This document shows, in pieces, positions 1-5,778 of a stretch of DNA of 5,947 bases. The first letter of the stretch is position 1. Every line of letters begins with the position of its first letter. Made by a program: the position numbers and the translations under genes. Source of the stretch: PVC group bacterium (GTDB lineage: Bacteria > GCA-001730085 > JADFSZ01); contig JADFSZ010000111.1 of NCBI GenBank assembly GCA_022560555.1, positions 1 through 5,947 of the forward strand, written 5' to 3'. The notes under the pieces were generated by a model. It was not told where the DNA came from, made no database searches, and saw nothing but the letters and a program-made list of their open reading frames with translations.

Positions 1-1
1 G

Positions 2-307
2 CAGCTGCATGGCATGCCCGATATACAGGCGAGAAAATTTGAAACGGATTGGCATACTGTGCTCATAGAGCTGAATCAGTGTTTAGGTGAACTAGATGCT
101 GTTCAAAATGAATTATCCAACCTGTCATGGCTTGATAAGTGCAAAATACGGTTTATGCCTCGTTGGGAATATATTGTTTATCCGTTTTTGATTTTTCTTT
201 TGTTAGCCGTTGGCTGGTTTTTTCTTTTTAAGATGAACGTGTTTGAGGGCGTGAACATTCAGTCGCTTATAGACATTGTTAAAGAAAAACTTTCCCGAGC
301 CCCATGA
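2..307 (+). CDS. Hypothetical protein, C-terminal part, with a predicted single C-proximal transmembrane helix. The frame is open to the left window edge. The first ATG in the window is at 14.
   Basis: The frame-2 ORF has no stop between position 2 and TGA at 305-307. The translation has a heptad-like polar stretch (LIELNQCLGELDAVQNELSNLSWLDK), one about 20-aa hydrophobic segment (YIVYPFLIFLLLAVGWFFLF), and a short amphipathic tail. Its stop overlaps the hisS start (ATGA, 304-307), which suggests co-translation with hisS. I recognise no family motif. Confidence 0.55.
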   Translation, partial: QLHGMPDIQARKFETDWHTVLIELNQCLGELDAVQNELSNLSWLDKCKIRFMPRWEYIVYPFLIFLLLAVGWFFLFKMNVFEGVNIQSLIDIVKEKLSRAP

Positions 308-1641
308 CTGTCAAAAATCAAAAATCGAATAAACTCTCGACGGCTCCTTATAAAGGCGTTCGCGATTTTTATCCCGAAGACGCTTTTATTCAGGAGTATA
401 TTTTTCGCATCATGAAACGTGTTGTTGAAAAATTCGGATATGTGGTTTATAACGCGTCGATTCTTGAAGACACTAATTTGTATTTGGCAAAATCTGCTGA
501 AGAAATCGTTCTGAATCAGACGTACACGTTCATGGACCGGGGAGGACGCCCAGTGACACTGCGTCCGGAAATGACTCCAACCATTGCCCGGATGATCGCA
601 AAAAAACGGAAAGAGATGGTGTTTCCCGCGCGTTTGTATTCGATTGCTAATATGTTTCGGTATGAGCGTCCGCAAAAGGGCCGTTTACGCGAACACTGGC
701 AGTTGAATGCCGATATTTTCGGTGTTTCTTCGATAGATGCGGAAAGCGAGCTGATTACCCTGGCCCATGAGCTGATGATTCAATTCGGGGCTCAGCCGGA
801 CCATTTCAGGATTCGTGTCAATCATCGCGAACTTCTCTATAAGTGGTTCGTCGGTCATATGAAATTAACGGCCGATTTATATCATAAGGTAACAAAACTG
901 ATGGACCGGCGCCTGAAGATGTCGGACACGGACTTCAAAAATGAAGTCACGGCCTTGATCGGGTGTCAGAATCAGGAAAAGTTTTGGCAGATGATTCACG
1001 TGACATCTTTAAGCACGTTGCCTGATGAACTTAAGGGAGAAAAGTGCACGGTTGAATTGCGGTCTTTATTTGAGAAAATGAAAGCGCGAAATCTCGTGTC
1101 GATTGTGTTTGACCCGACGCTTGTTCGTGGTTTCGATTATTACACGGGTGTTGTTTTTGAAATTTACGATCTCAACCCGGAAAATAACCGGTCCTTGTTT
1201 GGCGGGGGCCGATTTGATGAAATTCTCAATGTCTTTGGTGTCGAAAAAATACCTGCGTGCGGTTTTGGAATGGGGGATGTGACCATCAGGGACTTTATGG
1301 AAACCTATCAGCTGTTGCCGGCTTATCAATCAAGCACGGATGTTTATGTGTGCGGGATCGGCCCCGATGCCGTTGCCTTGGCTGAAGACATTGCCCACCA
1401 ACTGCGCTTGAAAGGCTTGAACACGGCCTCGGATCTTACCGGTAGAAAAATAGCCTCTCAGATCAAAACGGCTGTTAAGCAAGCGATTCCTTTCGCGCTT
1501 TTTGTCGGTGAAGATGAGAGAAGCTCCGGCAGGTACAAATTAAAGCATCTCAAAGACGGACACGCTGAAGTGCTTTCCCTTGATGATGTGTGCGGATTTG
1601 TAAGAAAAAAAATTCGACAGGTATCGTCTGTACGTGCTTAG
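304..1641 (+). CDS. hisS: Histidine--tRNA ligase (HisRS, class IIa), full length with a C-terminal anticodon-binding domain
   Basis: 445-aa ORF. The N-terminal KGVRDFYPED matches the HisRS KG(T/M)RDxLPE box. LRPEMTPTIARM matches the HisA/motif-1 region. FRYERPQKGRLREHWQ matches class II motif 2 (FRYERPQ.GR.REF.Q). GGGRFD matches the HisB box (GGGRYD). GFGMG is motif 3. The C-terminal alpha/beta anticodon-binding domain (DVYVCGIG...IPFALFVGEDE) distinguishes it from the shorter HisZ paralogue. Confidence 0.95.
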   Translation: MTVKNQKSNKLSTAPYKGVRDFYPEDAFIQEYIFRIMKRVVEKFGYVVYNASILEDTNLYLAKSAEEIVLNQTYTFMDRGGRPVTLRPEMTPTIARMIAKKRKEMVFPARLYSIANMFRYERPQKGRLREHWQLNADIFGVSSIDAESELITLAHELMIQFGAQPDHFRIRVNHRELLYKWFVGHMKLTADLYHKVTKLMDRRLKMSDTDFKNEVTALIGCQNQEKFWQMIHVTSLSTLPDELKGEKCTVELRSLFEKMKARNLVSIVFDPTLVRGFDYYTGVVFEIYDLNPENNRSLFGGGRFDEILNVFGVEKIPACGFGMGDVTIRDFMETYQLLPAYQSSTDVYVCGIGPDAVALAEDIAHQLRLKGLNTASDLTGRKIASQIKTAVKQAIPFALFVGEDERSSGRYKLKHLKDGHAEVLSLDDVCGFVRKKIRQVSSVRA

Positions 1642-1680
1642 TTAAAAAGAAAAGTTAAAAGGAAAAGTCATAAGGAAAAG
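1642..1680 (+). repeat. Three tandem imperfect 13-nt purine-rich direct repeats filling the hisS-aspS spacer
   Basis: The units are TTAAAAAGAAAAG (1642-1654), TTAAAAGGAAAAG (1655-1667) and TCATAAGGAAAAG (1668-1680). Units 1 and 2 match at 12/13 positions; units 2 and 3 match at 11/13. ATT and then the aspS ATG follow immediately. Confidence 0.8.
1672..1676 (+). promoter_or_regulatory. Shine-Dalgarno-like AAGGA for aspS
   Basis: AAGGA at 1672-1676 lies 7 nt upstream of the aspS ATG (1684) and sits inside the third repeat unit. Confidence 0.6.
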
Positions 1681-1683
1681 ATT

Positions 1684-3447
1684 ATGCAACGAACACATTA
1701 TTGCGGAGAATTAACAATCCGGGATATTGACAGTGACGTCTGTCTTTGTGGTTGGGTCGATAGTTTGCGGGATCACGGAGGCGTTCTTTTTGTTGATTTA
1801 CGTGACCGGGAGGGAGTGACGCAGATCGTATTTAATCTTAAAGATCATGCTGATTTGGCCCGTGAAGCCCAGATGCTTAAGCCGGAATACGTGATTACGG
1901 TGCATGGAAAGGTAGCCAAGCGTGCGGCGGAAAATGTGAATAAAAAATTAAAAACAGGAGAAATAGAAGTGGTCGCGCGTATTTTACAAACACATTCCCG
2001 GTCGCTAACACCGCCGTTTATGATTGATGACAGAACCGAAGCCAATGAAGAGTTGAGGCTTAAATACCGGTATTTGGATCTTCGGCGCAGAACCATGCAG
2101 AAAAATATTAGGTTTCGTCATCATGTGACGATTGAGACCCGGAAGTATTTTTCTGACAAGGGATTTATAGAAATTGAAACACCTCTATTGATTAAAAGTA
2201 CGCCGGAAGGAGCCCGGGATTATTTGGTTCCCAGCCGTGTCCGCCGCGGTTCGTTTTACGCTCTGCCTCAAAGCCCGCAGATTTTTAAACAGCTTCTTAT
2301 GGTAGCCGGGTTTGATAAATATTTTCAACTCGCCAAGTGTTTGCGGGATGAAGACCTTCGGGCGGATCGCCAGCCGGAGCACACGCAAATCGATCTTGAG
2401 ATGTCTTTTGTCGATGAAAATGATGTCATGAATATAGTTGATGGGCTCATACAGCACTTATTCAAAGAGCTTCTCAATTGGGCTGTTGATTTGCCGCTTG
2501 AGAGAATAGCGTGGCGGGATGCCGTCAATCTTTATGGGTCAGATAAACCGGATCGCCGGATCGGGATGCCTTTAGTGGATATGACGGATGTATTTGGGCA
2601 AACTTCTTTCAAAGTTTTTCAATCCGTCATTGAAAAAAAAGGCCTGATTAAGGCGATCAATGTCAAGGGAAAGGCGCTAGACATCTCCCTGAAAGATATT
2701 GAGGAATATACGAAATTTGTAAATCAATTCGGCGCCAGAGGCCTGGCCTGGATGAAGGGGGAGAGTGGACAGTTAAAGTCATCGATTGTTAAGTTTTTTA
2801 ATGAAGATGAAATCAAGAGCATTCGGGAAAGTTTGCAGGTTGAAGACGGGGATTTGATATTTTTTGTAGCCGATAAATCAAATGTTGTCCATGAGGCTTT
2901 AGGGCAACTCAGGCTAGAGCTTGCGCGTAAACTCGATCTTTTTCCTAAGGATGGGTATGACATGTTTTGGGTCACGGAGTTTCCCCTGTTTGAATTTGAT
3001 GATGAAAAAAATCAGACGATTCCCGTCCACCATCCGTTCACAAGTCCCAAAGATGAGGATAGGGACCTTCTTGACACCGAGCCTCTGAAGGTAAGAGCCA
3101 GGGCGTATGATTTGGTGATTAACGGGGTGGAAGTCGGAGGAGGCAGTATTCGTATTCATGATCAAAAACTACAAAAGAAGATGTTTGATCTTCTCCAAAT
3201 ATCAACCGATGAAGCGAAGCTCAAATTCGGATTTTTATTAGAAGCGCTTGAATATGGGGCTCCGCCGCACGGAGGCTTGGCCATAGGACTGGATCGTCTT
3301 GTGATGCTTCTTTTAGGCTTGGATTCAATCCGGGATGTTATCGCGTTTCCCAAAACACAAAAAGCGGCATGTCTCATGTCGAGGGCTCCCTCGGCTGTGT
3401 CCCCGGCTCAATTAAAAGAATTAGGGATAAAAATTCTTCAAACGTGA
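1684..3447 (+). CDS. aspS: Aspartate--tRNA ligase, bacterial type with GAD insertion domain. Possibly the non-discriminating Asp/Asn form.
   Basis: 587-aa ORF. It has the N-terminal OB-fold anticodon-binding domain (RTHYCGEL...GWVDSLRDHGGVLFVDLRDREG...TGEIEV). Other matches are motif 1 (IEIETPLL), LPQSPQIFKQLLM, and motif 2 (CLRDEDLRADRQPEHTQIDLEMSF, compared with canonical CFRDEDLRADRQPEFTQID). There is an inserted domain of about 130 aa, then HHPFT, GGGSIRIH, and motif 3 (GAPPHGGLAIGLDRLVMLL). Confidence 0.97.
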   Translation: MQRTHYCGELTIRDIDSDVCLCGWVDSLRDHGGVLFVDLRDREGVTQIVFNLKDHADLAREAQMLKPEYVITVHGKVAKRAAENVNKKLKTGEIEVVARILQTHSRSLTPPFMIDDRTEANEELRLKYRYLDLRRRTMQKNIRFRHHVTIETRKYFSDKGFIEIETPLLIKSTPEGARDYLVPSRVRRGSFYALPQSPQIFKQLLMVAGFDKYFQLAKCLRDEDLRADRQPEHTQIDLEMSFVDENDVMNIVDGLIQHLFKELLNWAVDLPLERIAWRDAVNLYGSDKPDRRIGMPLVDMTDVFGQTSFKVFQSVIEKKGLIKAINVKGKALDISLKDIEEYTKFVNQFGARGLAWMKGESGQLKSSIVKFFNEDEIKSIRESLQVEDGDLIFFVADKSNVVHEALGQLRLELARKLDLFPKDGYDMFWVTEFPLFEFDDEKNQTIPVHHPFTSPKDEDRDLLDTEPLKVRARAYDLVINGVEVGGGSIRIHDQKLQKKMFDLLQISTDEAKLKFGFLLEALEYGAPPHGGLAIGLDRLVMLLLGLDSIRDVIAFPKTQKAACLMSRAPSAVSPAQLKELGIKILQT

Positions 3448-3453
3448 ACAAGT

Positions 3454-5778
3454 ATGAGTGTTCTTAAATCAAAAAAAACAAAGAGAATCAATCGAGAAAA
3501 CATCTCGGTTCTTTCGTCTGTGTTGCAATATATCCGAAAAGACGATAATGCGGTGAAAAGCGGTTTGTATCTAACCCCATTTTTTCTTTTAACGGGATTG
3601 ATTCTCATTCTCTTTCTGAAGTACGAAGTCCGTTTGCCGAAAGAAGGTTTTCCCGCGGAGAAAAGCTACTATGCTCTGGATGATTTTTACTACGTTGATC
3701 CGGACCTAACGACGATTGAAAAGCAAAAAGCCGCGAGAAAGGTTTTGCCGGTTTATGAATTTGATGTAGAGGCTTATGAGGATTTACTGGGCCGAACCCG
3801 GATGATTTTCGAGGCTTTAGTCCATGACAATATCGAAGCGGCTAAAGATGTTTTTTCGTGGCCGAAGGCCGTGAGTGCCTATCAATTCTATGTTGATCGC
3901 GCGGTAGATAAACAAGAGGTTCTGATTGAATCTCAAGCTATTATCAGCCGTTACCTTAATCGTTATCTTGTCAGTAGTAAGGATTTTGATTCTCTGGAAT
4001 CGGAAGGATTTTATTTTCTAACTGTCAGTCGTAAAGACAGCGAAGAAAAATCTGTGCGTCTCAGTGATATCCATGTGATTGACAGCGAAAGATTACGAAG
4101 AAGTCTGCAGGATGACATTGCCTATTTCCTGCCCGATGAAAGAAAAATCCGGGCAACCCTTCTGCAAATTTACATTCACGTTTTATCAAAACCGACACTG
4201 AATTTTGATGCCGCTTTGACGGAGACCAAAAGAAAGTCTCAGGCGGATATCCAGGCCGATGTGACAAAGCTTGTCAAAAAAGGGTCTTTAATTTTGGAGA
4301 GAGGGACAAACGTTACGGCGCTGCACTTAAGGCAATTAAAATCCATGGGCAGCGGTCTTGAAATTCTGAATAAAAACCCAAAAGCTTTCTCTATGATTGT
4401 TTTGTTCCTATTCCATTCGTACCTTTTTTGTTTGTTTATGATCATGTTTTGCCGAGGGAGGGATGTTTTTACTCCTCACTTTCTTTTGACAACCGGCATT
4501 ATGTACCTTTTGGCCAATATGGGAATAAAGATCTCTTACTATTTCCCCGGGTTCGTCCTCATCATTCCTTTGGTGATTTCCATTTTGTTTTTTGCCATTC
4601 TCGGCGAAACTCTTTTGGGGGTGCTGTTCACAATGGCTCTTGTGATTAACATTCCCGTTATTTACGCGCCTATCAGCATCCCGCTCACACCCTTTTTGAT
4701 CGGGGCTCTTTTTTCTGCCGTATTTGCGCATAACATTATGAAGCGTTCCCAGCTGCTGCGTGTGGGGGTTTTTACGGGGCTTGTGTACTTTTTGGCTTTT
4801 TTTCTATTCGATGTGATGTATGAGACACGCGAAATTAATGAAGCGGTTCGCTACGCGGGAACGATGGCCTTCGGAGGATTTATATCCAGCCTTCTTGTTA
4901 TGGGTGTTTTGCCTCTTTTTGAACATTTTTTTCATTTGTCAACCAATGTCCAGCTTTTGGAATTGTCAGATCTCAACCATCCTCTCTTGCGCCGGCTCTT
5001 AAGAGAAGCTCCCGGTACGTATCACCACAGTCTAATGGTCGGAGCTTTGGCCGAGAGTGCGGCGGACGCGATTGGGGCTAATGCTCTTTTAGCAAGGGTG
5101 GGAGCCTATTATCATGACACCGGCAAAATGGTCAATCCCGCTTATTTTACGGAAAATGAAATGGGACGAAAGGGAAAGCACGAAAATTTAACACCCAGCA
5201 TGAGCAGCCTCATTGTCATTGCGCATATCAAGGATGGAGTGGAAATTGGTAAAAAATATAAACTGAGTCAAAAAATTATGGATATCATTCAACAGCATCA
5301 TGGGACTTCTCTTATTTCGTATTTCTATCACAAGGCTCTTGAACAAACCAAAGAGAAAGAGCCGGAAGGGATTGAAGAATACAGCTTTCGATACCCGGGG
5401 CCGAAGCCGAACACAAAAGAGGCGGCCATCGTGATGATTGCCGATTCTTCTGAAGCGGCATCACGTGCTTTGGATGAACCAACGTCGTCCAGAATCAAGG
5501 GGCTTGTCAGCCAAATTGTGAATGATAAAATTCTTGACCACCAGTTTGATGAATCCCAGTTGACCTTCCGTGATATCAGCGCTATTACCCACAGCATTAT
5601 TACCTCCTTAAACGGGATGTTCCATTTTCGGGTAGAGTATCCTCAAGGAGAGTCGGGGAGGGATAAGGGTCGTGAAAAAGACAAAGAAAAAGATAAAGAG
5701 GAAAATAAGAAACAGGAGCCGCGCGTATATCTCGAAGATACAGGTTATCAACAAGCAAAACAAAATTCGCATTCCTAA
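3454..5778 (+). CDS. pgpH: 7TM-receptor HD-domain phosphohydrolase of the PgpH/YqfF family (candidate cyclic-di-AMP phosphodiesterase)
   Basis: 774-aa ORF. The architecture is a basic N-terminus plus one TM helix (LYLTPFFLLTGLILILFL), an extracytoplasmic domain of about 250 aa, and seven predicted TM helices (about nt 4380-4930). The cytoplasmic HD domain (about nt 5000-5480) carries the expected metal ligands: GTYHHS, YYHDTGK, KHENL, IAHIKDG, QQHHGT and IADSSEA. A K/E/D-rich low-complexity tail of about 40 aa follows the last conserved block (FHFRVEYP). The gene sits directly upstream of ybeY, as yqfF-yqfG does in Bacillus. Confidence 0.9.
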   Translation: MSVLKSKKTKRINRENISVLSSVLQYIRKDDNAVKSGLYLTPFFLLTGLILILFLKYEVRLPKEGFPAEKSYYALDDFYYVDPDLTTIEKQKAARKVLPVYEFDVEAYEDLLGRTRMIFEALVHDNIEAAKDVFSWPKAVSAYQFYVDRAVDKQEVLIESQAIISRYLNRYLVSSKDFDSLESEGFYFLTVSRKDSEEKSVRLSDIHVIDSERLRRSLQDDIAYFLPDERKIRATLLQIYIHVLSKPTLNFDAALTETKRKSQADIQADVTKLVKKGSLILERGTNVTALHLRQLKSMGSGLEILNKNPKAFSMIVLFLFHSYLFCLFMIMFCRGRDVFTPHFLLTTGIMYLLANMGIKISYYFPGFVLIIPLVISILFFAILGETLLGVLFTMALVINIPVIYAPISIPLTPFLIGALFSAVFAHNIMKRSQLLRVGVFTGLVYFLAFFLFDVMYETREINEAVRYAGTMAFGGFISSLLVMGVLPLFEHFFHLSTNVQLLELSDLNHPLLRRLLREAPGTYHHSLMVGALAESAADAIGANALLARVGAYYHDTGKMVNPAYFTENEMGRKGKHENLTPSMSSLIVIAHIKDGVEIGKKYKLSQKIMDIIQQHHGTSLISYFYHKALEQTKEKEPEGIEEYSFRYPGPKPNTKEAAIVMIADSSEAASRALDEPTSSRIKGLVSQIVNDKILDHQFDESQLTFRDISAITHSIITSLNGMFHFRVEYPQGESGRDKGREKDKEKDKEENKKQEPRVYLEDTGYQQAKQNSHS
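5657..5661 (+). promoter_or_regulatory. GGAGG Shine-Dalgarno core upstream of the candidate GTG start of ybeY, embedded in the pgpH coding sequence
   Basis: GGAGG at 5657-5661 lies 10 nt upstream of the in-frame GTG at 5672. A second SD-like AGGAG at 5714-5718 lies 10 nt upstream of an in-frame ATC at 5729. The ATG at 5795 has only AGGA one nt upstream, which is too close to function as an SD. Confidence 0.45.

Noticed and set aside
1-303. I looked for a T-box riboswitch or attenuator leader upstream of hisS, as in the Firmicute hisS-aspS operons.
   Set aside because: The region is occupied by an open reading frame that overlaps the hisS start. I found no specifier-loop or T-box consensus (AAUUAGGGUGGUACCGCG-like), and there is no terminator/antiterminator pair.
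1598-1627. Possible sigma70-like promoter for aspS inside the hisS 3' end: TTGTAA (1598-1603), an 18-nt spacer, then TATCGT (1622-1627).
   Set aside because: Each hexamer matches at only 4/6 positions and the spacer is non-optimal. Matches of this quality occur frequently by chance, so the sequence alone does not support it.
304-1641. Alternative identity of the first synthetase-like gene as HisZ, the ATP-phosphoribosyltransferase regulatory subunit.
   Set aside because: It retains intact motif 2 and motif 3 catalytic boxes and a full C-terminal anticodon-binding domain (445 aa). It is also paired with aspS rather than hisG.
3445-3456. aspS and pgpH are in the same reading frame, separated only by TGA ACA AGT before the ATG. 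TGA readthrough or selenocysteine recoding would fuse them.
   Set aside because: There is no SECIS-like hairpin downstream. TGA also terminates the upstream ORF normally, and an AspRS fused to an N-in membrane protein has no precedent that I know of. Simple termination-reinitiation coupling is the economical reading.
1605-3478. Three A8 homopolymer tracts inside coding regions: 1605-1612 in hisS, 2633-2640 in aspS and 3471-3478 in pgpH. These are possible slippage or phase-variation sites.
   Set aside because: All three are in frame as Lys codons in intact ORFs of essential or housekeeping genes. A8 is short for programmed slippage and is expected by chance in an AT-leaning genome with a preference for AAA Lys codons.
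4428-5002. Plus-strand alternative-frame ORFs 4428-4649 (73 aa) and 4820-5002 (60 aa) inside pgpH.
   Set aside because: They are embedded out of frame in the T-rich 7TM-coding region of pgpH. They have no motifs or SD, and the pgpH frame shows clean TM helices and continuity into the HD domain.
259-5597. Twelve minus-strand ORFs of 67-138 aa from the six-frame track: 259-675, 1066-1329, 1845-2096, 2185-2457, 2325-2528, 2724-2975, 2914-3165, 3162-3377, 4061-4267, 4239-4445, 4408-4731 and 5328-5597.
   Set aside because: Each lies wholly antisense to a strongly supported, motif-rich + strand gene. Their translations are low-complexity or R/S/K/H-rich with no recognisable motifs, and they have no SD or intergenic context. 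They look like typical shadow ORFs.
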